A DNA stretch of 64,000 nucleotides from Bacteroidota bacterium (lineage in GTDB: Bacteria; Bacteroidota; Bacteroidia; AKYH767-A; 2013-40CM-41-45). The stretch is from assembly GCA_031367345.1 (NCBI GenBank), contig JANLPR010000201.1:618-64617 (forward strand), in the 5' to 3' direction. Under the pieces are notes generated by a model. The model was given only the letters and a program-made list of their open reading frames with translations, was not told the origin of the DNA and made no database searches. Shown one piece after another: positions 51,711 to 61,701 of this stretch (positions within the stretch are counted from its first letter, which is position 1; every line of letters begins with the position of its first letter). The translations under genes were made by a program, and so were the position numbers.

Positions 51711-52163
51711 TTAACTTATAATTTTTTCAAAACAAACACTGGTTTCAACTTTCTCATATTGTCCATAATTAGGGATAATTGAATACTTGTTTTTTTTATA
51801 CAATGCAATAGCTTCCGGCTGATTTATTCCCGTTTCTAAAATACATCTTTTAAAGTTTAATTCTTTTGCCCATTTCTCCAGTTCCGATAAAATGTTTGAT
51901 GCTATTCCCATTTTTCTTTTGCTCAATGGAACAAACATTCTTTTTATCTCAATTATTTCGGCTGCATATTCCTTTATTGCTCCACATCCAACGGGTACAT
52001 TTTCTTGGTAAGCAACAATCACATAATTTATGTTTTTTATCTTATTGAATTGAGCATAGAAAGCATGATCAGATCCATCACGTATTCTCAAATCAGCATC
52101 AAGCTGTTCCACCAAAAGTTGGAAATCTTCATTATCAGAATTTGTTCGAATGTATTTAATCAT
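51711..52163 (-). CDS. GNAT family N-acetyltransferase.
   Basis: KRKMGIASNILSELEKWAKE motif A region. 150 aa. Confidence 0.7.
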   Translation of the reverse strand: MIKYIRTNSDNEDFQLLVEQLDADLRIRDGSDHAFYAQFNKIKNINYVIVAYQENVPVGCGAIKEYAAEIIEIKRMFVPLSKRKMGIASNILSELEKWAKELNFKRCILETGINQPEAIALYKKNKYSIIPNYGQYEKVETSVCFEKIIS

Positions 52164-52274
52164 TTTTATAGTTTCATTAGTTCGCTCTAATACAATTCAA
52201 CACCGTTCATTCATGAAATTAATAATAGTAGAATATAAAATTATACAAAAAAGTGGTATGATTTAAAGCGTTTT

Positions 52275-53237
52275 TTAAAAATAAGTGATGATTGCAAAAT
52301 AAATCGGCATTCCTATAGTAATATTGAACGGAAATGTAAGTCCTAATGCCATTGGTATATATAATCCCGGATCCGCCTTCGGTGCTGCTAATCGCATAGC
52401 TGCCGGCACTGCAATGTATGAAGCGCTAGCAGCAAGAATTGCAAAAATAAATCTATTTCCTACGTCATGAGTTACTAGTTGACTTGCGAAAGCAACGACA
52501 CAGCCATTGATAGCAGGGATTATTATTGCAAACAACGATAAGAAAAATCCATGTTTTCTAAAAGATGCAAATCGTTTAGCGGTAACCATGCCCATCTCTA
52601 ATAAGAAGATTGCTAGAAACCCTTTAAAAATATCTGTTGTGAATGGTTTGATCCCTTCAGCTTGTTTTGTGTCGGCTATTAATCCAATAATCAAACTTCC
52701 CAAAATTAATAATACACTTCCATTGGTAAATGAATGGCGAACAATCGTTTTTATACTTCCGTTATCTGCTTCTTCTTTGTCAAATTGTCTCATTAATATT
52801 ACACCAACAATAATTGCGGGCGATTCCATCAGTGCCATAACAGCAACCATGTGCCCACTAAAAGTAATTTGTTGGGCTTCTAAAAATGAAACTGCAGAAA
52901 CAAATGTTACCGCACTTACTGATCCATAAGCAGCGGCAATTGCTCCGGCATCGCTCACACTTACTTTTCTTTTCAACACAAAAAAAGTATATAGTGGTAT
53001 TATAGATGCAACTAACAATCCAAACAGAATCGAATAAACAATTTCACTGCTAAAAGTGCTATGAGCCAATTCCTGACCTCCTTTAAACCCAATTGCAAAA
53101 AGCAAATACAGTGAAATAAATTTACTTGACGATTGCGGAATTTCTAAATCACTTTTTACCGTGGTAGCAATTATTCCTAACAAGAAGAAAAGCAATGTTG
53201 GGTTAGTGAGATTTGAAATTAATATCTGAAAGTCCAT
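52275..53237 (-). CDS. Putative sodium-dependent bicarbonate-transporter-family (SbtA-like) permease.
   Basis: 320 aa, ~10 TM helices with an internal two-fold repeat. The N-terminus MDFQILISNLTNPTLLFFLLGII resembles SbtA/DUF897-type permeases. Moderate call. Confidence 0.4.
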   Translation of the reverse strand: MDFQILISNLTNPTLLFFLLGIIATTVKSDLEIPQSSSKFISLYLLFAIGFKGGQELAHSTFSSEIVYSILFGLLVASIIPLYTFFVLKRKVSVSDAGAIAAAYGSVSAVTFVSAVSFLEAQQITFSGHMVAVMALMESPAIIVGVILMRQFDKEEADNGSIKTIVRHSFTNGSVLLILGSLIIGLIADTKQAEGIKPFTTDIFKGFLAIFLLEMGMVTAKRFASFRKHGFFLSLFAIIIPAINGCVVAFASQLVTHDVGNRFIFAILAASASYIAVPAAMRLAAPKADPGLYIPMALGLTFPFNITIGMPIYFAIITYF

Positions 53238-53290
53238 ATTTTATTACCTAATTAATATTACTAAAAACAATGCACTTAAGTCTACTATAA

Positions 53291-53773
53291 CTATTTCCTA
53301 TCCAATTTAAATAAAGGAAGCGAAACTTGTTCCGAAATGTTTTGTGCACATAAATCACCTTCTAAACTAAATGACCACACGAACAATGATTTAATTGGGT
53401 GTTGACTTTTTATTTTTTCAATTGCATCAAGAGAAATATTTTTCACTATTCCTTTTCTTCTATACTCTTTCAACACCAAAGCCGAACATAAATAAATCGA
53501 ATCGTACTCTTTTCCGACTTCCGTTAATTCAAACAATTCACGTTCGGTAATTTTACCATCTAGAAATTTATTTTTCAATTCGTCAACAGTTGGTATCACG
53601 AGTACCCAAGCAACGGGCCCATTTCCATCATCATATTCAGACACTGCTGCCGGGTGGATTTTCTGCAGACGTTCTATTACAGACTGATCCACATCCAATT
53701 GATTAGGATCTTGCTTTACATCAAAAATCTCCTCTGCTAAAAGGAGCATCCGTTCAAAGTTACTCAATGACAT
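53291..53773 (-). CDS. Hypothetical protein, possibly GNAT-like.
   Basis: LCSALVLKEYRRKGI resembles GNAT motif A. Otherwise unrecognised. Confidence 0.4.
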   Translation of the reverse strand: MSLSNFERMLLLAEEIFDVKQDPNQLDVDQSVIERLQKIHPAAVSEYDDGNGPVAWVLVIPTVDELKNKFLDGKITERELFELTEVGKEYDSIYLCSALVLKEYRRKGIVKNISLDAIEKIKSQHPIKSLFVWSFSLEGDLCAQNISEQVSLPLFKLDRK

Positions 53774-53872
53774 TCTATAAAATTAATATTTTAAATACGA
53801 TTTTCGTTTAAAAAATACATTCGAGGGACAAATATCCATCGAATGTCTTTTACTTATATAAAAAAGTACTGA

Positions 53873-54457
53873 TTAGTTTCCAAAATTAAGATTTGTCGGT
53901 TCCTTCAATGGCATATAATACTTTTCATTTACCGTAAGCGGAACTGAATTATCTACAACTTCTAATTTTAAATCCGAAAACCAAACCTGACCTGTGCCCT
54001 CTAAAAGTACGCCGTATGCTAAATTGATTGCCTTTAAAGGAACATCCAAAACAATTTCATACCACTTCCATTCCGTAGTTCCTCTTATTGAACGATCAAT
54101 TTTCCCTTCATGCATATTGTCGAAAGCTAAAGCAACTTCACTATTTTGCTGATCGACTCTAAACCAAAACGCCGACCACTCAACTACATCTTTTGTTTTA
54201 AGCATGCCTGAAAAACGTATCCTTTTTCCTAAATATTTATCAGGCAAACAACTTTGCATCATCGTTCCAAAGCCAATAATTTTATTATCGATTGACTTAA
54301 TTGTTGCAACGTTACGGCCTTCATGTTTCATCTCTTTATCAATGCCCATTTCGTAGCTCTTGGGTTTTGATCCTGCTTGCACCCAGCCTTCCGGTAAGTC
54401 GAAGGAGCATAAAATAAATAAAAGGCTAATAATTAAAAATGCTTTGACTGTTTTCAT
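53873..54457 (-). CDS. Hypothetical secreted protein.
   Basis: Signal peptide MKTVKAFLIISLLFILCSF. No recognisable domain. Confidence 0.5.
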   Translation of the reverse strand: MKTVKAFLIISLLFILCSFDLPEGWVQAGSKPKSYEMGIDKEMKHEGRNVATIKSIDNKIIGFGTMMQSCLPDKYLGKRIRFSGMLKTKDVVEWSAFWFRVDQQNSEVALAFDNMHEGKIDRSIRGTTEWKWYEIVLDVPLKAINLAYGVLLEGTGQVWFSDLKLEVVDNSVPLTVNEKYYMPLKEPTNLNFGN

Positions 54458-54517
54458 AATATTGAATTTAAGAAAATAGATGGCTTATTGAATATACTAA
54501 AAACTTACAGATACAGG

Positions 54518-55480
54518 TTATCGTTTATCGTAACTTGCTTTTATTAGTTTAAGTGTTTTGTTTTCTTTTTCTGATATAAGTTGAAGTGTATAAATCCCGA
54601 AATCAAAATTTTCTAGGTTTAAATTATATTCATCTCCCCAAACATGTTTTGCGAATATCAACCTTCCATTCATATCATACAGTCGTAATTGGTATTCGTC
54701 GACAATTCCTAGTTCAATTTTTACATTATCACTCGCAGGATTTGGGTAAACAATTGCTCGAACATTTGCCGGTACACTTCCTACACTATTATTCAATGAG
54801 CCAAATAGAAAAAGTTGATCTACTTCTGCTGCTGTTAAAAAGCGATGGTAAACATTGATGTCGTCGATTTCTCCTTGGTAATCTTTCCCAATCAAAATAG
54901 TAGAAGCAACGCTATCAATCATCGATAACGAATTAGTATATCGCAATGTGTCATTCACATACAACTGCGAAAGTCCGTTTGCATAGGTCAACACAAGATG
55001 ATACCAATTAACCGGATTAACAGAATAATAATCATTATAATCTGCCTGGTAGTTTGCACCGAAACTGGTAGAAATAATTGCTTGCTGCAAACCCATTTCA
55101 ATATCCCAGTCAGAAGCATGAATGGGTTGCCAGTTCAAATCTCTTTTCGCAAAAATATATTGCTGGCGTCCGTTGTGTTCAGGCTGCGCCCACAAACTAA
55201 CACTTACTGAATCCGATTGCTGAATATTAAAATCAAAGCTGAACACATTTGTAGGAATATAAATGTAATCGGTTGCTGTTCCAGGGAAATGATACGAGGA
55301 ATACGGACTCCCAAATCGGTCATCGGCATGCGTTAATACTCCTTGAATTAGTCCATGGTTGTTATAGCCACTAATATCATTGGTATTGCTATCTAATGGC
55401 ATGGTTAAAATTTGCGCATTTGAGGCGCTCCACATCATTATTAATAATGATAGCACTGTAGTTGTTTTTGAGAGATTCAT
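54518..55480 (-). CDS. T9SS-sorted secreted protein, LamG/concanavalin-like jelly-roll N-domain.
   Basis: Signal. C-terminal VYPNPASDNVKIELG...GIYTLQLI. The N-domain pattern (LWAQPE...YIFAK...WYHLVLTY...LYVND) is typical of LamG-like domains. Confidence 0.55.
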   Translation of the reverse strand: MNLSKTTTVLSLLIMMWSASNAQILTMPLDSNTNDISGYNNHGLIQGVLTHADDRFGSPYSSYHFPGTATDYIYIPTNVFSFDFNIQQSDSVSVSLWAQPEHNGRQQYIFAKRDLNWQPIHASDWDIEMGLQQAIISTSFGANYQADYNDYYSVNPVNWYHLVLTYANGLSQLYVNDTLRYTNSLSMIDSVASTILIGKDYQGEIDDINVYHRFLTAAEVDQLFLFGSLNNSVGSVPANVRAIVYPNPASDNVKIELGIVDEYQLRLYDMNGRLIFAKHVWGDEYNLNLENFDFGIYTLQLISEKENKTLKLIKASYDKR

Positions 55481-55610
55481 AAAAAGATTATTGCTTAATT
55501 TATTTTGAGGAAAAGTCCTTTGGTGTGTCTAAAGATTTTATTCATGAAACGCACTTGAACCTATTTAGAATTTATAATTTATTTCACTTTACATTCAATT
55601 CCTTGAACAA

Positions 55611-56030
55611 CTATTCAGGATAAATTTTTCTCCTGTGTTCAATGGAGGTGATAAACATTTTTACTAATATTTTCAAATCAACATCTTCTAGTTTTTGAAT
55701 ATGAACACACCCGCCGCTTAGTTTATACTTGCCAAGTTTGGAAAACAACTCTTCACTCTTCTCAAACTTAGTCCCGAGATACAACGTAATTGTTTTTGCT
55801 CTAGATGCAATTCCGGTTAAAGGCGCATCGCCCTCTCTCCCACTTTCATATTTATAATGATATTTACCAAAACCAACTATACTTGTACCCCACATTTTTG
55901 GAGTAAGTCCGGTTTCTTTCTTTATTAACTTGATAAGCTGCGAGCAATCTTGACGCTTCTTTTCATCTTTGATCGTTAATAAAAAATCGGCGATGCTTTG
56001 CTTTGTCTCTACAGTTTTATTTTCGGCCAT
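55611..56030 (-). CDS. DUF1801 (YdhG-like) domain protein.
   Basis: VETKQSIADFLLTIKDEKKRQDCSQLIKLIKKETG...MWGTSIVGFGKYHYKY is the hallmark of DUF1801. Confidence 0.7.
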   Translation of the reverse strand: MAENKTVETKQSIADFLLTIKDEKKRQDCSQLIKLIKKETGLTPKMWGTSIVGFGKYHYKYESGREGDAPLTGIASRAKTITLYLGTKFEKSEELFSKLGKYKLSGGCVHIQKLEDVDLKILVKMFITSIEHRRKIYPE

Positions 56031-56221
56031 ATTCAGTAATCTGTTTTTACAATACTTCGTTATACCAATTTCTTGTAGTGAATATTTCCTAGTTCAAATT
56101 AACTAAAAGATTTACCTATTTCCAAAAGAGTTTGCGATTTATTGCCTCTTAAAATTGCTAAATAACGGCTTTCCGGTTTTAGTATTCACTATGCTCCCCG
56201 GATTAAAAAATCCATCAATCA

Positions 56222-56923
56222 TTATTCCAACATCAGCGTTTGCTTTCTTCCATTTGTAAACTGTAAATACAATTGCGGATTTGTTCCGGTTGAATCGATA
56301 ACCTGCTTTACATTACCTAAATTTTTATCTAAATATTTATTTATTTCAATTGCTGTTTTAGCTTCTTTATAAACAATCGTTAGGTCTAAATTTTCAGATG
56401 TCGTTAGTTCACTGATTTTCGCTGACAACACCTCATAATTGTTTCCCACTTTTGTATGAGAATCGAAACCAAAATATATAGTAATAAATGAAAATGTCAT
56501 TATTGCCAATTGTAAAAAAATCAAAACATTCATTCTGTATCTATTACTTTTATTCGATGAATGAAATAGCCAAAAAATTGATACACCCAATAACATAATA
56601 AAATATGGTGTGGAAAAAATTGCATACGATTGTTGAAATGGAATAATATGTCCGGCAATCAAACTCATTATCGTAGCATACACTAATGAGCTGATGGATA
56701 AAACAAAAATTGCTTTTAGTGCAATAGATGAATGCTGTTTCCAACTCTTTAACCCTTTTATGATTATCACCGTTGGAATAATCAGTAATGGCATTATCAA
56801 TAGTATTCGCCAACCTAAATTCATAAGCGTATTCCCAGAGAAAACAAGATTCGTTTGCATCCAACCGGCAGCTATCGAATAAATTCCGGTTTTCATATAG
56901 AAATAATTTGTAGGACTAGTCAA
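56222..56923 (-). CDS. Hypothetical membrane protein (4-5 TM).
   Basis: Hydropathy only. Confidence 0.45.
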   Translation of the reverse strand: MTSPTNYFYMKTGIYSIAAGWMQTNLVFSGNTLMNLGWRILLIMPLLIIPTVIIIKGLKSWKQHSSIALKAIFVLSISSLVYATIMSLIAGHIIPFQQSYAIFSTPYFIMLLGVSIFWLFHSSNKSNRYRMNVLIFLQLAIMTFSFITIYFGFDSHTKVGNNYEVLSAKISELTTSENLDLTIVYKEAKTAIEINKYLDKNLGNVKQVIDSTGTNPQLYLQFTNGRKQTLMLE

Positions 56924-57018
56924 AGCAAGTTCTGAATAATGTTGATTTCTTTTTGCAATAATATCAAGACCCGAAAATCCAATAAACTTTAACTTTGACT
57001 TGCAATCAGGTGGTCAAT

Positions 57019-58311
57019 TTACTCCGGCACACACTGATCAATTTGACCCGGTCTTAGGTGGTCAGTTTGAATCGACAAAGGGTGGTCAATTTCATCGGTG
57101 CTTGCAGCTGTATCAATATTTAAATAAAACGAATTTGTATTTGTTGGCGAACTAAAAACTAGACCATTCCCAAAGTCAATATTTCCTTTTAGACTTCCAA
57201 CCGCTCCAATTCCTGTGGTATTAAAGTCAAGACTATTGCTACCAAACGAAACTTCTCCTTGAAACGTATTTAACCGTATTAAATTCATATCAAAGTCGTA
57301 TTTAGCTATAAACCCATCTTGAAAAAATCCGGAAGAAGATGTTCTGTTTATTACTCCAACACCAGGATCAAAATCGACTGTACCACCAAATGTTCCTGCA
57401 ATATAGAATTCGCTCGTAGTTTTATTTACTAAAATGGTTTGAGGATCCACTCTTCCATTTGCAGAAAAGTCTCCTATCTTTTTACTCCACATATACATTC
57501 CAACATTATCAAATTTACTAATCGTTAATTCATAGTATCCAACCGATGCTATATATGAATTTCCACTTGCATCACAATCGATACTCTGCACAGGAACGCC
57601 ATAGGTAAATAATGGAGAAATATGATTGTTCCAAACGTAAGCTCCATTGTTATCATAACAAATAATATTTGCATTATTCCCAATACTATTATGAACAGCA
57701 TTACTTGGATCAACATCCAATACTCCATTGGGATTTGCAGATATTATAATATTGTCATTCAGCAGTAATGCCATTGATTGTATTTGAATATCGTTTGTGG
57801 TACTGTCACCAATATTTATAGCCCATACATAGTTGCCTAGCGAATCGTACTTTGCAATAAAATAATCAGGGTACGTGGCAAAATGACTGCGCAATGTATC
57901 AACGCCGTTATCAGACAAATCAAAATCGACCATACCATAAAAATTACCGCAAACAACTATTTCATTCCGTGAATTAATTTCTAAGCCCTTAAATTCAAAT
58001 AACGCAATCTGAGAATTATTTTTAAAATAATGAATCCATTCTAATTTCCCGGCAATACTTATTTTTGAAATATACTAATTATAGTCAACGCTAGAAAAAG
58101 AAGTATCGGCCGGACCAGTGGCAGGGTCCATGTCGGCTGATCCAAGTAGTTTACCTACAACAATAGTGTTACCACTATGGTCAGTCTTTAAATTGTAAAT
58201 TGTGTTATGAGTTGTATTGCTCCCTAACGGAATATAAGCCCATTCACATGTTGGTTGAGATATTGCTACACAATTTGAAAGGGTAAATAGTAACAATAAT
58301 ATTTTTTTCAT
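57019..58311 (-). pseudogene. Secreted beta-propeller-like protein gene interrupted by one in-frame amber codon.
   Basis: 58311..58078 encodes signal peptide + ...SSVDYN. A TAG follows at 58075-77. The same frame then continues YISKISIAGKLEWIH...GMVDFDLSDNG... to 57019. The track splits it into ORFs 58075..58311 and 57019..57933. Confidence 0.5.
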
Positions 58312-58501
58312 GACTTATTTAATTTTGAAATGGAGCTTTTGGCGGTTTAGAATTGAAAAAAATGTAACAGTGCAAAGAACAATAATTCCGTTTGCTATTA
58401 CTATTCTTGCAAGAACGAAGTTAAACAAAAACTTTACTCTGTAAAATATTCAAGAATAATTTTGATGATTTTGTAATCTTGATTTTCTACTATGAAATCA
58501 A

Positions 58502-58810
58502 TTATTTCTGCGCTCTTTTTAATTTTTTCTCAGTTAACAAAATCATTAGTACAATAGAAATTACCAATAAAAACGCCAATAAAATAGTTGCTTTGAAATT
58601 TATCCATTCTAATAAAAGTGAAATAGCCAGCAACAGCGCCATAGTAATTAAAAAAAAGTGTGCTGAATAACTGTTGGCCAACTTCCAATTCTCCTGACTC
58701 TTCATTGAAGTTGAGGTTCTATAGCCATACAAACTATTGACCTTCTTAGGTGGAAAATATTTCCAGTACAAGGCTATTAAGGTTAACAACAGAAATACAA
58801 AAGGCATCAT
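58502..58810 (-). CDS. SdpI/YhfL family small membrane protein.
   Basis: LYGYRTSTSMKSQENWKLANSYSA between TM helices matches the SdpI/YhfL signature (GYRT..S....W). Confidence 0.6.
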   Translation of the reverse strand: MMPFVFLLLTLIALYWKYFPPKKVNSLYGYRTSTSMKSQENWKLANSYSAHFFLITMALLLAISLLLEWINFKATILLAFLLVISIVLMILLTEKKLKRAQK

Positions 58811-58921
58811 TCTTTGACTATTAAATATTAAAAATATATTTTTGACTTTACTTCCATTGGTTCAGGAACTTTACTCCTTTAAAAAATAAATAGAATTATA
58901 CCTTTTAACCGAATAGCCTAA

Positions 58922-59299
58922 TTACTTTATCATCGGCAAATACTTTTCTCTGTTCTCATAGATCACCCAAATATTTATTGCAAATAGAATGATGGCAATG
59001 GGAAGCCCCGAAGGCGCATCTATAATATGCGTCAATAGTACTCCAACCATCACTGGCAAAATAATAATTGCGGCTAGTGCTCTGTATTTTGGCGTAATGA
59101 AAAATATTCCTCCAAGTATTTCTACAATTCCAATTAGCGGCATCAACCAACTCACAGACATAAATGCAGTTGTTATTTTCACCAATCCTTCCGGCAAATC
59201 TTTGGGCATTGGTATGTAATGAAAAAACTTATTTAATCCTGAATTAATAAACATTAATCCGAAAAGTAAACTGGCAATGAAGAGGGCTTTACTTTTCAT
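58922..59299 (-). CDS. DoxX family membrane protein.
   Basis: 125 aa, 4 TM. GLNKFF...EILGGIFFI is typical of DoxX. Confidence 0.65.
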   Translation of the reverse strand: MKSKALFIASLLFGLMFINSGLNKFFHYIPMPKDLPEGLVKITTAFMSVSWLMPLIGIVEILGGIFFITPKYRALAAIIILPVMVGVLLTHIIDAPSGLPIAIILFAINIWVIYENREKYLPMIK

Positions 59300-59694
59300 A
59301 GATATTCAATGTGTTTTTTACAACTTTATGCAATTGAACCTTAGTGTTGGTTAACCTATTGCTCGAATTTAACGAAATCGTTTTGATTTGTTTCCTTTAC
59401 AATGCTACTGATTTTTTGTTTAAAAACAAAATATTCTAAAATCGAGAATCGAAGGTCGAGACTCGTAAATAGTTATTCGAGTATTGTAATTGGTAATTCG
59501 AATATTAGTAGGCCGAGCATATTTGAGTGCTAAATTTTGTTTAATTAATTTCAATTTACTGAAAGATAGAAGTTGATTAATTGACCTAAATGTTTCATAA
59601 ATTAGATTGGATATTAACTGACACTATTCCGTTTTATGGGACAAGTACTTTTTAAACCATTTCTGACAAGAGAGTTTGATTCAACGCTCACTTA

Positions 59695-60246
59695 TTAGGA
59701 GACCGGCTCGTAGTAGAGAACTATTGCCCCCGAACCAAATATTTTTGTTTTTAAAAGTTTTAAATTGATTCTTTCGTTTATGTTTTTAAATAATGGCAAT
59801 CCATTTCCTAAAATTATCGGTTGAACACAAAATTGGTATTCATCAATCAAATTAAGTTGCATTAAACTTACAATTAAACTCGGACTTCCAACTAAAATAG
59901 GTTTTCCATTTTGTTGTTTGAGTTTTTCAACTTCTTCTTTAAGACTTCCAATTGCTAATGTCGTGTTTCTCCAATCAATGGTTTTGAGTGTATGGGAAAA
60001 AACAATTTTTTTAATGTTGTCTATTATCACTGCAAAGTCATCCGTCGGTTTATTACCCGTTGGATTAAGCAAGATCGGTCGCCAACCATTTTCCATCAAC
60101 TGATAGGTGACACGTCCGTACAATACTACATCGGCATCAATTAATAATTCATTGTAATGTTGATGCAATTCATCGTCAGCAATTACCGCAGTATGATCGC
60201 AAAATCCGTCGAGTGTTATATTAATCGAAGCAATTAGTTTTCTCAT
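59695..60246 (-). CDS. Dihydrofolate-reductase-like (RibD C-terminal domain) family protein.
   Basis: MRKLIASINITLDGF...VLYGRVTYQLM...PILVGSPSLIVSLMQLNLIDEYQFCVQPIILGNGLPLF is a YwjB/RibD_C-type pattern. Confidence 0.7.
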   Translation of the reverse strand: MRKLIASINITLDGFCDHTAVIADDELHQHYNELLIDADVVLYGRVTYQLMENGWRPILLNPTGNKPTDDFAVIIDNIKKIVFSHTLKTIDWRNTTLAIGSLKEEVEKLKQQNGKPILVGSPSLIVSLMQLNLIDEYQFCVQPIILGNGLPLFKNINERINLKLLKTKIFGSGAIVLYYEPVS

Positions 60247-60456
60247 CCTAGTTGTTTGGGTTGTATATTTTATTTTTAGCAATCAAAAGGGAAGAGAGCA
60301 CGTAACGAAATAATAATTTTTGACATTTTTAGAATGAGACTGGCAAATCCAATGCTTACAATATGGCTAAAAATATAATTAAGGGACTACAATTTTCGCT
60401 ATTAACCTCACCAGTCTTTTCGTCTTATTCAAAGTTATCAGAATTATTTAAGTATA

Positions 60457-60963
60457 TCAACGACTCTTTAAATCTAATTCGAAAAACTTAGCCCCGTGAT
60501 GTTTGTTTTCTCGATACGCAGCTATTTCGATAAAGCCTGCATCGGTATAAATTTTTATTGCAGATTGCATAAAATCGGCTGAGTCAAGTTTAATCATTTC
60601 ATAGTTTAAACGTTCAGCTACTTCAATGCACTTGGCGAGTAAAAGTTTTCCAATACCCAAGCCTCTGCTTTCCGGTTGCACGTACATCCGCTTAACCTCA
60701 CATTCTCTTTCATTAAATCTTTTTATCCCTGCCACTGCAACGGCTTTATCATTAACCATAGCTAAAAACAATCCACCTTCCGGATGCCCATACGTAACTT
60801 GCAAGGTCTCCATTTCTTTGTCAAAATTTTGTGATGCTAAGACAGCTCTTACTTCAGGACCACCTTCAACACCTAACCATTTTACATATTCCAATATCAA
60901 TTCTTTTGCCTCCGAAAAATCGACTGCGTTTTGTGCTTCTTTAAGTTGGACCTGGGGTTTCAT
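60457..60963 (-). CDS. GNAT family N-acetyltransferase.
   Basis: RMYVQPESRGLGIGKLLLAKCIEVAE is motif A with Q/R-x-x-G-x-G. Confidence 0.8.
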   Translation of the reverse strand: MKPQVQLKEAQNAVDFSEAKELILEYVKWLGVEGGPEVRAVLASQNFDKEMETLQVTYGHPEGGLFLAMVNDKAVAVAGIKRFNERECEVKRMYVQPESRGLGIGKLLLAKCIEVAERLNYEMIKLDSADFMQSAIKIYTDAGFIEIAAYRENKHHGAKFFELDLKSR

Positions 60964-61031
60964 TTATTTGAGTAGTTTGTGTGAAAATAGGTTATGTGCC
61001 GGTTCGGTGGTAACTTTAGCCGTGCTGAAGT

Positions 61032-61607
61032 TTACGCTGCCAATTGTGCAAAGTACAAAACAGAATCCAATCGTTCTTTTTCAAAAAAAGCATTCCCCAT
61101 ATTTCTTTCATATTGCACCAGCATATTATCACACATTGGAGATGATGTATCTGGAAGGTTTTCACCTCCTTTCTTTGTGAAATTTAAAAAATCATCTATG
61201 TTTTTTAACGAAAAATAAACACTGCTAATGTCAAAATACAATGAACTTATTCTTCGCTTGTCATTAAATTTTTCCGCTAGTGGCAATGCATTAAAAAAAT
61301 ATTCCAAAGCCGATGTATTGTCCCCATTATGAATTAAGAAATAATAACCAATCCAATCGTAACTTATTGCAAGTAGCGAATCGTTTTTATACTGCTGTGT
61401 TATTTGAAGTAAATCTATTGCAATAGCCGAATCAATATTGCTAGTGGCATGAGATTCTATCTTTTCTAAATATTTTATCGTAGCAGTAAAACGTTGCAAC
61501 GGATTTTTATAATTAGCCAGCGAATATTTTACACTGCCATTAGTATTTTGTGCAAATGCCACTTGAAAAAATATTAGAAAACAATACAGCGTAAAATATT
61601 TTTTCAT
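61032..61607 (-). CDS. Secreted helical-repeat (TPR-like) protein. It resembles the N-terminal part of Bacteroidetes TPR sensor proteins and may be truncated.
   Basis: Signal MKKYFTLYCFLIFFQVAFAQ, then helix-repeat-rich sequence. It ends after ~190 aa with no downstream TM/kinase part. Confidence 0.35.
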   Translation of the reverse strand: MKKYFTLYCFLIFFQVAFAQNTNGSVKYSLANYKNPLQRFTATIKYLEKIESHATSNIDSAIAIDLLQITQQYKNDSLLAISYDWIGYYFLIHNGDNTSALEYFFNALPLAEKFNDKRRISSLYFDISSVYFSLKNIDDFLNFTKKGGENLPDTSSPMCDNMLVQYERNMGNAFFEKERLDSVLYFAQLAA

Positions 61608-61701
61608 AGTCTCTTTATTTTTCAACAAACTACTAAAACAATTATCAATAAAATAAAAATAATTCAGCTATTCAACCTTGTGTAAGATTTTGTAGAGCAG
61701 A

